Source of the DNA: an uncultured Armatimonadia bacterium
GTDB taxonomy: Bacteria; Armatimonadota; Zipacnadia; CAVVLO01
Assembly (NCBI GenBank): GCA_963749155.1
Contig: CAVVLO010000002.1
Span: forward strand, 192,001-256,000
Length of the DNA stretch: 64,000 nt
Direction: 5' to 3'
The notes beneath the pieces were generated by a model, which did no database searches, had not been told where the DNA came from, and worked only from the letters and a program-made list of their open reading frames with translations. Position 1 is the first letter of the stretch. Each line of letters starts with the position of its first letter. The translations under genes were made by a program, and so were the position numbers. This document shows positions 1 to 9,565 of this stretch, one piece after another.

Positions 1-1869
1 GAGGGGCAGAATACCTTGCGTCAGACTGTAAGCGAACGGGCAAGCGGGGCCCGGCCTCCCTCGGCAGAGCCTCGTGTACGCAGGCGCGAGCGACTGCGCG
101 CCGAGTCCGAACCTGCCACCCCATCAGAGGCAAAGGGATTGCGCGAGGCTGAAGCCGACCTTGAACAAGCCCTGAAGGCACTGGAAGATGATTCGCCTGT
201 GCCCGCTCCGGAAATCGTGGCAGCCGAAGCAAAGCGCAAGGAGCGCGAGTACAAGCCGGTTGTTGGAGCAGAGCAGGGCGAGACACTGGGCGCCAGCAAA
301 GCTGCTGCTGTAATGAGAGCCCAGCGCATCAAGCTGCCGCCACTTGCTTTACTTAATCTGGATGACCCGGAAAGTGGGCGAAAATCTCAGGAACACGCGC
401 GCAAGGGAGTCACCTTACTCGAGCGCGCCTTCAGTGATTTCGGCGTGGATGCGAAGGTTGTCCACCATGTGGTTGGCCCAACTGTTACGCGATATGAAGT
501 AGAACCTGCGCCTGGTGTGCGCGTCAGTCGCATCTCCCAGCTCGATGATGATATACAACGCATCCTGGAAGCGGTGGGCGTCCGCATCGAAGCACCTGTG
601 CCTGGCACTTCGATAGTCGGCGTAGAGGTCGGCAACCAGAAAGCAGCCACGGTCTCTCTTGGCTCGGTTATGAACACCCCGGAATTCAAGCGTCCTGCCG
701 CAAGACACCCCCTGACCTGTGCTTTTGGGCGAGATGTGGCGGGAACTCCCATAGTGGGAAACCTGGCCGAGATGCCTCACCTGCTGGTTGGCGGCACGAC
801 TTACTCAGGCAAGAGCGTCTGTCTCAATGCGATTATCCTGAGCCTGGTGATGAACAACACCCCCGACCAGGTGCAGCTTGTGCTGGTCGATCCAAAGCGC
901 GTAGAGCTTACTTTGTACCAGGGGATGCCCCACCTCTATGCGCCTGTTATCTCCTCTCCCAAAGCCGCAGTGGCCGTTCTGCAACAGGTAATGCGAGAGA
1001 TGGACAGGCGTAATATGCTTTTCCACAAGCTGCGGGTTCGGAACATGGGCGAGTATAACGAGCTGACCAGTCGAGGCGATGCGGGCGACTACGAGAACCT
1101 GCCTTATATCGTAGTCATAATAGATGAGCTGGCTGATCTGATGTCAACGGCACCGGGAGAATTCGAACCGACAGTCTGCCGCCTGGCCCAGCTTGCCAGG
1201 GCATCGGGTATCCACCTCGTATTAGCGACTCAGCGACCCTCAGCCCAGACAGTCACAGGTGCTATCAAGGCCAACATATCAGCCAGGATAGCTTTCCGAG
1301 TTGCCCAGCAGATAGAGTCCCGCATCATCCTGGACGTGAACGGCGCCGAGCGGCTGCGCGGACATGGCGACATGCTCTACTATGATGGACGCACCTATCC
1401 AATCCGAGGGCAGGGCTCACTGGTGACTAGCGCCGAAATCCAAAAGGTGCTAAACTACCTTAAGGACCAGCTTACGCCTTCTTACAGCTTTGAGCCCGCT
1501 GAAGAAAACGAGCAGGAAGTGAGCGGCCAGCGCGCAGCCGATGATATCCTCGACGACGACAAGTTCGAGGCGGCCCTGCGTCTTGTGCTGGAGCGTCAAG
1601 AGGCGTCTGTGTCCATTATCCAAAGGAATTTCGGAGTCGGCTGGAGCCGGGCTGGGCGCTTGATGGATATGATGTATCGCCTTGGCATTGTTGGGCCGTA
1701 TGAAGGTTCCAAGCCCAGGCAGATCCTCGTAGATCCCGCTGAATATCTTGCTTTGCTTGCCCAGGGTGGTATCGAAGCCCTGCGCAAACGCAAGCCAGAT
1801 CAGGAGCCGAAGCCTCAGCTTCCTCTGGACGAGGGAGAACCTGACGACGCGACAAGTGAAGAAGAGTAG
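1..1869 (+). CDS. ftsK: DNA translocase FtsK/SpoIIIE, probably 5'-truncated by the window edge
   Basis: GPTVTRYE alpha domain, Walker A variant GGTTYSGKS, Walker B IVVIIDELADLM, LATQRPS, GAERLRGHGDML, and C-terminal gamma domain ASVSIIQRNFGVGWSRAGRLMD. No N-terminal TM region within the window. Confidence 0.95.
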   Translation, partial: EGQNTLRQTVSERASGARPPSAEPRVRRRERLRAESEPATPSEAKGLREAEADLEQALKALEDDSPVPAPEIVAAEAKRKEREYKPVVGAEQGETLGASKAAAVMRAQRIKLPPLALLNLDDPESGRKSQEHARKGVTLLERAFSDFGVDAKVVHHVVGPTVTRYEVEPAPGVRVSRISQLDDDIQRILEAVGVRIEAPVPGTSIVGVEVGNQKAATVSLGSVMNTPEFKRPAARHPLTCAFGRDVAGTPIVGNLAEMPHLLVGGTTYSGKSVCLNAIILSLVMNNTPDQVQLVLVDPKRVELTLYQGMPHLYAPVISSPKAAVAVLQQVMREMDRRNMLFHKLRVRNMGEYNELTSRGDAGDYENLPYIVVIIDELADLMSTAPGEFEPTVCRLAQLARASGIHLVLATQRPSAQTVTGAIKANISARIAFRVAQQIESRIILDVNGAERLRGHGDMLYYDGRTYPIRGQGSLVTSAEIQKVLNYLKDQLTPSYSFEPAEENEQEVSGQRAADDILDDDKFEAALRLVLERQEASVSIIQRNFGVGWSRAGRLMDMMYRLGIVGPYEGSKPRQILVDPAEYLALLAQGGIEALRKRKPDQEPKPQLPLDEGEPDDATSEEE

Positions 1870-3226
1870 TCACTCCTCTAACCAGGCGAAGCCTCTGGCC
1901 GGCGTGAAATTGACTTTCGTCCCCCTGGGTTGCGCGAAGAATCTCGTTGATAGCGAGCGGATGCTTGCCGCGTTGCTTGCTGCGGGTATTCAACTGGTCG
2001 AGGAGCCAACCGAGGCCGATGTGGTGCTCATCAACACTTGTGGCTTCATCCGCGCTGCTCAGGAAGAATCGCTTCAGGCTCTTGAAGAAGCCCTGGAACT
2101 CAAAGCAGATGGGACGATTAAAGGTGTCGTTTGCGCTGGTTGCCTTTCCCAGCGATTCTCTGATGAACTCACCGAGCATCTGCCTGGCCTTGATGCCGTG
2201 CTTGGTATAGACTCGGCACCCGATATCGTGCGCGCAGTTTTGGCCGCTACAGGTGACCAATCACTGGTCGAGATACCCGCTCTGGAGACTCTGGTCGAAC
2301 ACTGCCTGCCCAGAGAACTGACCACGCCCCCCTGGTTTGCCTATCTGAAAATCGGTGATGGTTGCGACAATTGGTGTTCCTATTGTGCTATCCCGATTAT
2401 CAGAGGACGCGCGCGCAGTGCCTCACTGGATGAACTGGCGGTTGAGGCCAAAGCCCTGACCGGTCGCGGGGTCAGAGAACTCAACCTGATAGCCCAAGAC
2501 CTGGGGCGATATGGGCAAGACCTGCCCGACGCGCCTTCACTTGCAACGCTGGTATCTCGACTGCTTGAGGAAACTGGGCCAGACTTGCACTGGCTCAGGT
2601 TGCTTTATCTGCATCCCGAGCATATCCAGGACGACCTCCTGACCTTGATGGCTGAACAACCTCGACTGGTCCGATATCTGGATGTCCCCTTCCAACATGC
2701 CTCGGGGCCAGTTCTTGCACGTATGAATCGAAAAGGCGATCTGCAGTCCCAACTGGCGCTCGTGCAGCGGTTGCGCGATGCTTTACCAGGCCTGGCTTTG
2801 CGCACTACGCTACTTGTAGGCTTCCCCGGCGAGACGGAGTCAGACTTCGAAGCCCTGATGGAGTTTATAGAAAGGGGCCGGTTTGACAGGCTTACGGCCT
2901 TTGCTTATTCGCCCGAAGAAGGCACGGCAGCCTTTGACTTGCCTGACCGAGTGCCCGAAGAACTCGCCCAACAGCGTCTCGAGGCGGTCTTCGAGTCGCA
3001 ACGCCTTGTCTCTGCCGAACTCACCTCCGCCTTCGTTGGCCAGAAGCTCGAGGTGCTTCTCGAGAGCAATCCCTCACCTGGCCAATATGTCGGTCGCAGT
3101 TACCGAGACGCTCCCGAAGTGGACTGTGAGGTCCAGGTGAAGGGCTCCGGGGTTGCGGTTGGCCAGTTCGCAAGCGTCCATATAACAGGCGCAGACGACT
3201 ACGATATGAGGGGTGAGGTTATCTGA
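1856..3226 (+). CDS. rimO: Ribosomal protein S12 methylthiotransferase RimO (radical SAM, TRAM domain)
   Basis: LGCAKNLVDSE, NTCGFI, GCLSQR, AYLKIGDGCDNWCSYCAIP (CxxxCxxC), GRSYRDAPEVD. Start uncertain (GTG 1856 or 1904); the ORF-track start at 1748 overlaps ftsK. Confidence 0.93.
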   Translation: MKKSSHSSNQAKPLAGVKLTFVPLGCAKNLVDSERMLAALLAAGIQLVEEPTEADVVLINTCGFIRAAQEESLQALEEALELKADGTIKGVVCAGCLSQRFSDELTEHLPGLDAVLGIDSAPDIVRAVLAATGDQSLVEIPALETLVEHCLPRELTTPPWFAYLKIGDGCDNWCSYCAIPIIRGRARSASLDELAVEAKALTGRGVRELNLIAQDLGRYGQDLPDAPSLATLVSRLLEETGPDLHWLRLLYLHPEHIQDDLLTLMAEQPRLVRYLDVPFQHASGPVLARMNRKGDLQSQLALVQRLRDALPGLALRTTLLVGFPGETESDFEALMEFIERGRFDRLTAFAYSPEEGTAAFDLPDRVPEELAQQRLEAVFESQRLVSAELTSAFVGQKLEVLLESNPSPGQYVGRSYRDAPEVDCEVQVKGSGVAVGQFASVHITGADDYDMRGEVI

Positions 3227-3940
3227 TGAAGAAGGAACTGCCCCCGATAAAAGGCTTCATACCCTTCAACCATGCTGGATTGGGAAGGACGGCTTGCCTC
3301 GACCCTTTTTCTTGGAGGCTGCAACTTCAGGTGTGGCTATTGCCATAATCCTGAACTTGTGATAAACACGGGCGAAGTTGGCGATATACCCTGGCAGCAA
3401 ATCGAGGAGCGCTTACATAGCCTGGGCAGTTGGCTCGATGGCGTCTGTATAACTGGCGGAGAGCCAACTCTGGATGCCCGATTGACTGCTTTGTGTGAGC
3501 GCCTTGGGGAGCTTGGTTTACGAGTTAAGCTGGACACCAATGGCACCCGGCCCGATATATTGGAATCTCTAATGACGAAAGGTCTAATCCATTGTGTGGC
3601 AATGGATGTAAAGGCTCCCCTCGACAAAGCAATTTATGATAGAATCGCAGGCGTTGCGGTAGATATATCTTTACTGCAGCGATCCGTTCAGCTTATTCAG
3701 GCCAGTGGACTGGAGTATGAGTTCCGCACAACCGCGGGCGAAGACTTCCTTTCACTGGAGGAGCTAGGGCAGTTGGCCGGGCACCTTCAAGGCGCCCGGA
3801 AATGGGTGTTGCAACGGTTTCTACCCGACCACTGCCTGAGTGAAGAGTTCAGGGCAATGTCCCGTGCCTCGGATGAGTATCTCGAGGCAGCCTGCAGGTT
3901 AGGGGCAAATTGTATAGAGCAGTGTGTGGTGAGGGGTTAA
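3226..3940 (+). CDS. nrdG: Anaerobic ribonucleoside-triphosphate reductase activating protein (NrdG-like radical SAM), with an apparent +1 indel near 3262-3270
   Basis: GCNFRCGYCHNPEL, GVCITGGEPTL, VKLDTNG, AMDVKAP, YEFRTT. ATG at 3226 overlaps the rimO stop (TGATG) and gives MKKELPPIKGFIP, which joins the 3272 frame if one base is removed. Confidence 0.8.
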
Positions 3941-3961
3941 CCCTCCCCAGGAGGAAGAGCT

Positions 3962-5920
3962 TTGACAGCCAAGATTGGAGAGAAGAAACTGGCCCTTGCA
4001 AGTCAGCGACTTGGGGACATTATCTTCGATCTCTTGCTTGAGGCGGGGCGTCCCCTCGACCAGCGAGAGCTTGATGAAGGGATAAAGGGAACACTGGGCA
4101 AGTCCATCTTCCCGTTGGCTACACGGCGAGTACTTCGCCGAGATAGTCGACTTCAGGAGACAGAGGGCGACTTCGATCTTCTGGCGCGTCAAGTGCTTCC
4201 AGATCGTTCTCTTGATAGCGGAGTTAAGCATCTGCTTCTGGCCGCTGGCAGGCCGCTCAGTCTGCAGCAGCTAGCCAATGAACTAGCCCTGGCAAAGACC
4301 AGATCAGCCGACAGTATCGCCGAGTTGATTGCCAAACTCGCCGAGCGCGATTTTTCTTCTTTTATACTAGCGGGAGAAAGGTTGTTCTTGCGTGAGTGGC
4401 TGCTGTTCGTGACCGATAACGAGGAGGAATTTGTCCTTCTCGACAACTTCGTCAACGAACTGCCCACGCTGGAAGAATTCGAGAAGCATATCAAGTTGCC
4501 TTCCCGCAAGCCTGCCACACCGCTTGCGCTGGCCGAGAAGCTCCTCGAAGCCGCAAATGAGCCTGTTTCTAACAAATACCTGCAGTGGGCTATTTGGAAG
4601 GTCTTCGGCGAGTTCCCGGATGCGATCGGTTTCTACGAGCAACTTGAAAAGTCAGACTTCACCGCTCTGCTTAGCGGACCCAACTGGTTGCCCAGCAAGG
4701 ACACCGCAGGTTTGGCGACAATGCTGGTCGACTTCAGCGTCGAACTCCAGGAAGAGGACCGCGAGCAGCTTTCCAAGCTCAATCTGGCCGTTCTGCTCAA
4801 GCAGCCTGCCCCGCGCGATCAGCAATATCACATCTCGGCTCGCGATAAAGAGCGCGTTCATACTTTCCTTGCCGAGCGCGAAGAACCGAGCGACCTGGCT
4901 GACATCTTGCGCGAGGTGTTCGCCGTTTATCCAAGTGACGACACTTTCCTGGCGGCTGCTCATGCCCTGACCGAGCGTCTGCACCAGGATGAACGCTTTA
5001 TCGCTGGCGAAGCTTCAGAGACAAGCTGGATGGTCACCGAGGAAGTACCTGAAGAGGTGCGTATCATCCCCGAGAGACTCATCCCGATACTATCGGAAGA
5101 GCTGTCAGCAGAAGGCGACCCAGTAGATGCCGAACTCGAGGACGAAGGTCTGACCAGAGGTATGGTCAATCTGGCCGATTTCGTCCATCTGCCCGAACTT
5201 GAGGACATAGGCGAAGAAGAAGAAGTCGACCCGGATATCATCCCGGACGAGGCGCCGGCGGAAGTTATCCTGCCTGTTATGTATCACCATTTCGTGACTG
5301 GTATGTTGAAGTATCGCAAACTCGACTGGGGCTTCTTCCCCGAGGACGAAGACCTGGTTCGAGTTACTTTCCTGGACGATCGCGGCGAGCTCTACAATGG
5401 CTGGGTCAACAACGAGCTGGGGCTTGTTTATGGGCTTGCCAAGTGGTTTGAGCGCCAGCACGAGCAGGGGCTCACCCAGGCGGGTTGCCTCATCCATCTG
5501 AAGCCAGGCGCCGAGAACAACCAGTTCATCGTCACCTACGAAGGCGACCAGCATGAGAAGACTTTCGTATCAACGGAGCGTCTCGAAGAGCTGATTACTC
5601 TGCGCCAGAATTATAACCTGGCTACGGCGACGACCTTTGATCTGGTCTGCGCGGTGCTGGAGAACCAGAAGGATGGGCTCTCGCCCGAGGCACTGTGGGC
5701 CGAACTCAACATCCTGCGCCGCACCAGCAAGCGGGCCATCGCATCACTGCTTGCGAGTTATATGTGCTTCAACCAGTCACGGCTGCGGCCTGATCGGTGG
5801 ATATATGACTCCAAGCGTCGCGGCCAGGGCCGCATGAAGGACAAGCGCCAGTACATCATCAGTCAGGAAGCGACTGGCGAAGAGGAAGTTCAGGTAGACC
5901 GCGATACACTGGTCGAATAG
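3962..5920 (+). CDS. Acidic hypothetical protein with about five tandem winged-helix-like repeats
   Basis: 652-aa ORF, TTG start with GGAGG RBS upstream, followed by a terminator. Repeated hhLLxAxxPLxxxEL-like segments are visible by eye. Confidence 0.75.
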   Translation: MTAKIGEKKLALASQRLGDIIFDLLLEAGRPLDQRELDEGIKGTLGKSIFPLATRRVLRRDSRLQETEGDFDLLARQVLPDRSLDSGVKHLLLAAGRPLSLQQLANELALAKTRSADSIAELIAKLAERDFSSFILAGERLFLREWLLFVTDNEEEFVLLDNFVNELPTLEEFEKHIKLPSRKPATPLALAEKLLEAANEPVSNKYLQWAIWKVFGEFPDAIGFYEQLEKSDFTALLSGPNWLPSKDTAGLATMLVDFSVELQEEDREQLSKLNLAVLLKQPAPRDQQYHISARDKERVHTFLAEREEPSDLADILREVFAVYPSDDTFLAAAHALTERLHQDERFIAGEASETSWMVTEEVPEEVRIIPERLIPILSEELSAEGDPVDAELEDEGLTRGMVNLADFVHLPELEDIGEEEEVDPDIIPDEAPAEVILPVMYHHFVTGMLKYRKLDWGFFPEDEDLVRVTFLDDRGELYNGWVNNELGLVYGLAKWFERQHEQGLTQAGCLIHLKPGAENNQFIVTYEGDQHEKTFVSTERLEELITLRQNYNLATATTFDLVCAVLENQKDGLSPEALWAELNILRRTSKRAIASLLASYMCFNQSRLRPDRWIYDSKRRGQGRMKDKRQYIISQEATGEEEVQVDRDTLVE

Positions 5921-5960
5921 CCACCAACTGACAAGGAATCACAATTGAATAACCACTGAC

Positions 5961-5995
5961 GAGGGAGCGCACTCAGGTGCGCTCTCTCTTTGTTT
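5961..5995 (+). terminator. Rho-independent terminator of the ftsK-rimO operon
   Basis: GAGGGAGCGCAC-TCAG-GTGCGCTCTCTC followed by TTTGTTT. Confidence 0.8.
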
Positions 5996-6069
5996 GGAAC
6001 GCAGGAAGCCCTCCGTCTTACCCCGAATAAAGCGCAAGCCTCACCACCTGATGCCTTGAAGGATGGCTT

Positions 6070-9000
6070 ATGGCCGGTTCCTGGCGCACCGTGCGAGTGT
6101 TTGTCTCCTCTACCTTCCGTGATATGCACGCAGAACGGGACTGGCTGGCGCGGGTCGTCTTCCCGGAGCTGCGCGAACGCTGTGCAGCAGCGGCAGCTCT
6201 ACCTCACCGACGTGGACCTGCGCTGGGGGGTGACTGAGGCAGAGGCCGAACAGGGCAAGGTGCTGGCCGTTTGCCTGGAGGAGATAGACCGCTGCCGGCC
6301 TTTCTTCCTCGGCCTGCTCGGAGAACGCTATGGCTGGGTGCCGGAGACACTTCCGGAGGAAGCAGTAATCGAGTTTCCGTGGGTAGATGACCGAAAAGGG
6401 CACTCTGTAACAGAACTGGAGATACTCCACGGGGTGCTAAATAACCCGGAAATGGCGGGCCGGGCGTTCTTCTTCTTCCGCGAACTGTCAGCAAAGACTC
6501 CGTTACCTGCTGATTACCAGGCTGAAACACCGGAGGCTGCCGAGAAGCTCGCAAAGCTGAAGCAACACGATCCGGGACGCGAAACTTCCTGTAACAGAAT
6601 ATGCCTGCCGGTGGGAGGGCAAGGTCGTCGGGCTGGAGGACTTCGGCAAGGCGGTGCTGGAGGCTCTCTGGACGGCCATCTCGCGAGGAATATCCCGAAG
6701 ATGCCGAGCCACCGGATGCCCTTACCGAGGAGATAGAGCTTCACGAGGCGCAGGCGGCGCGGCTGGTGGCGGGCTTCGTCGGGCGGCAGGAAGAGAAGCG
6801 CAAGCTCACCGAGTACGTCGAGTCTGACACCCACCGGGCGCTGGCGCTGACCGGCCCGGCTGGCAGTGGCAAGTCGGCGCTGCTGGCGGATTGGTCGCTG
6901 GAGTATCGCGAGGCTCATCCAGAGGCTGAAGTGGTGCTGCACTTCGTCGGGGCAAGCCCTTCCTCGACCAGTCATATCCAGACGATGCGTCGGATTGGCG
7001 AGGAGTTGAAGCGTCGGCTTGGCCTCTTCAGCGAGCTTCCGGACAAGCCAGAGGGGCTGGAGGAGGCCTTCCGCAACCTGCTTGATAGAGGCCGGCAGCA
7101 AGGCCCAAGGGCCGGTCGTGCTGGTGCTCGATGGCCTCAACCAGCTCGAAGACTATCGGCGGGGCGCTGGGCCTGGCGTGGCTGCCGGAGTTCCTGCCGC
7201 CGGGCATCCGGATCATCGCCTCGACGCTGGAAGGGCAGCCTCTGGAGGCACTGCGCCGGCATCAGGCTGAGGAGCTTCTGCTTGCCCCTCTGACCACCCC
7301 GGAGCGGAAACAGCTTGTTACTGACTTCTTAGGGGAATATCGCAAGAAGCTCTCGGACTCTCAGCTTGAGGCGCTGCTGGCTAACGAGGCAACGGAGAAC
7401 GCCCTCTACCTCAAAGTGGCGCTCGAGGAGTTGCGCCTGTTCGGCAGCTTCGAGGAGCTGACACAGCGCATCGAGCGGCTGCCAGCGACGACGGAAGAGC
7501 TGTTCGGGCAGGTGCTGGACCGGGTAGAGGGCGACCACACAGGCGTCTTCCCCGTGGCGGAAGGGCTGGCGCTGCTTGCGGCTTCGCGGTCGGGTCTCTC
7601 AGAACGCGAACTGCTGGAGCTTGTCGGCGGCGAGGTAACAGCCCTGGCCTGGGCGCGCGTCCGGCGGAGCCTTGCGCCCTACCTCGTCCAGCGCGGAGAG
7701 CTGCTGGACTTCGCCCACCGCACTCTCTGGAAGGCCGTGAAGGCGCGCTTATGGCGACTCCCCCGAGCGCCATCTGAAGCTGGCCGACTACTTCCTCACT
7801 GCCGACATCGACTCGCCGCGTGACCGAACGCCCCTGGCAACTCGAACAAGCCGAGGCCTGGGAAGCCCTGAGAGACGAACTGGTAACCCTTGAGGTGATG
7901 GAGTGGTTCTACAACCAGAACCAAGCGCATGACTGGTTCGCCTACTGGAAGCCACTGGCGGGCAGGTATGAGCCTGGGGCCAGTTGCCTGGAAGCGGTCG
8001 AGAGAGACGGCGATGAGCTGGGAAGGGCCAGCCAGGCTAATGCGGCTGGGGCTGTTACTCAAAGCTGCCGGGCTCTACCCCCAGGCGCTGCCCCTGTATG
8101 AGCGGGCACTTGCGATAAAGTGAGGCGCAGCTTGGGGCCGACCACCCCTCCACCGCCACCAGCCTGAACAACCTGGCGGTGCTGTATGAGTCGATGGGGC
8201 AGTATGACAAGGCGCTGCCGCTGTACGAGCGGGCGCTTCGGATAAGGGAGGCGCAGCTTGGGGCCGACCACCCCTACACCGCCTTAAGCCTGAACAACCT
8301 GGCGGTGCTGTATAAGTCGATGGGGCAGTATGACAAGGCGCTGCCCCTGTGCGAGCGGGCGCTTCGGATAAGGGAGGCGCAGCTTGGGGCCGACCACCCC
8401 GACACCGCCCCAGCCTGAACAACCTGGCGGGGCTGTATTAGGCGATGGGGCAGTATGAGCAAGGCGCTGCCCCTGTATGAGCGGGCACTAGCGATAAGGG
8501 AGGCGCAGCTTGGGGCCGACCACCCCTGACCGCCGCTACAGCCTGAACAACCTGGCGGTGCTGTATTACGCGATGGGGCAGTATGAGCAAGGCGCTGCCG
8601 CTGTATGAGCGGGCACTGCGCGATAAGGGAGGCGCAGCTTGGGGCCGACCACCCCGACACCGCCACCAGCCTGAACAACCTGGCGGGGCTGTATGACGCG
8701 ATGGGGCAGTATGAGAAGGCGCTGCCCCTGTATGAGCGGGCGCTTGCGATAAGTGAGGCGCAGCTTGGGGCCGACCACCCCTCCACCGCCACCAGCCTGA
8801 ACAACCTGGCGGGGCTGTATCGAGTCGATGGGGCAGTATGACAAGGCGCTGCCCCTTTATGAGCGGGCGCTTGCGATCGATGAGGTCGCAGCTTGGGGAT
8901 GATCACCCCGACACCGCCACCAAGCCTGAACAACCTGGCAGTGCTCTATAAGTCGATGGGACAGTATGAGCAAGGCGCTGCCCCTGTATGAGCGGGCACT

Positions 9001-9350
9001 TGCGATAAGGGAGGCGCAGCTTGGGGCCGACCACCCCGACACCGCCCCAGCCTGAACAACCTGGCGGGGCTCTATCAGGCGATGGGGCAGTATGAGAAGG
9101 CGCTGCCCCTGTACGAGCGGGCACTTAGGATAATGAGGCGCAGCTTGGGGCCGACCACCCCTACCACCGCCACCAGCCTGAACAACCTGGCAGGACTGTA
9201 TTACGCGATGGGCCAATACGAGCAGGCGCTGCCACTTCTCCAGCGCGCGGCCAATATACTAGAGAAGACTTTAGGGCCTGACCATCCTAATACCAGGACA
9301 TGCCAAGCCAATATTGAAGCCCTGAGGCAGGCGATGGGGCAGGGGAAAGG
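6070..9350 (+). pseudogene. NLR-like STAND protein: DUF4062 + NACHT/P-loop NTPase + C-terminal 42-aa TPR array; multiply frameshifted (real pseudogene or assembly error)
   Basis: ATG 6070 gives [24 protein letters not shown], then in other frames DVDLRWG, CLEEIDRCRPFFLGLLGERYGW, SVTELEI (DUF4062), Walker A GPAGSGKS (6853-6876), Walker B VLVLDGLNQL, WLPE, NALYLKVALEELR, and TPR units LGADHPxTAxSLNNLAxLYxxMGQY. The true stop is unclear. Confidence 0.85.
8080..9320 (+). repeat. Tandem array of about nine near-identical 126-bp coding repeats (TPR) with degenerate ends
   Basis: GCGCAGCTTGGGG recurs at about 8125, 8251, 8377, 8503, 8632, 8758, 8886, 9014 and 9138 (period 124-129, nominal 126). Confidence 0.95.
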
Positions 9351-9354
9351 TTAC

Positions 9355-9491
9355 TCTCGAGGGTGCAGGGATTGTATCTCTGCACCGCGTCGATTAGCCA
9401 GTTCAGGTGCAAGGGTAGAACCCTTGCACCATCGAACTTTAGCGAACCCTTGCGCCACCTCGAACTTAAGCGAACCCTTGCACCCTCGAGA
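9355..9491. repeat. 137-bp palindromic element (MITE/REP-cluster-like) with 13-bp terminal inverted repeats
   Basis: TCTCGAGGGTGCA (9355-9367) and TGCACCCTCGAGA (9479-9491) are perfect reverse complements. Internal hairpin GGTGCAAGGGT-AGA-ACCCTTGCACC; GAACCCTTGC repeated at 9418, 9444 and 9472. Confidence 0.65.
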
Positions 9492-9565
9492 TTTTTGGAT
9501 ATGGCCCTTCGACAAGGCGGCCTGGCAGCCGCCTGCTCAGGACCTCGGCCTAACGGCCTCGGGCT

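Noticed and set aside
5990..6190. ORF-track N-terminus MFGTQEAL... for the DUF4062 gene
   Set aside because: It starts inside a terminator; the recognisable FVSSTFRDM motif is in another frame starting at ATG 6070.
8080..9320. TPR array as a diversity-generating retroelement TR/VR or a CRISPR array
   Set aside because: The repeats are coding 42-aa units, the middle adenine of the variable codon is largely conserved (unlike DGR A-to-N mutagenesis), and there is no reverse transcriptase in the window.
9418..9490. Possible mini-CRISPR (three GAACCCTTGC repeats)
   Set aside because: The period is only 26-28 bp, the intervening sequences resemble each other rather than being unique spacers, and there are no cas genes.
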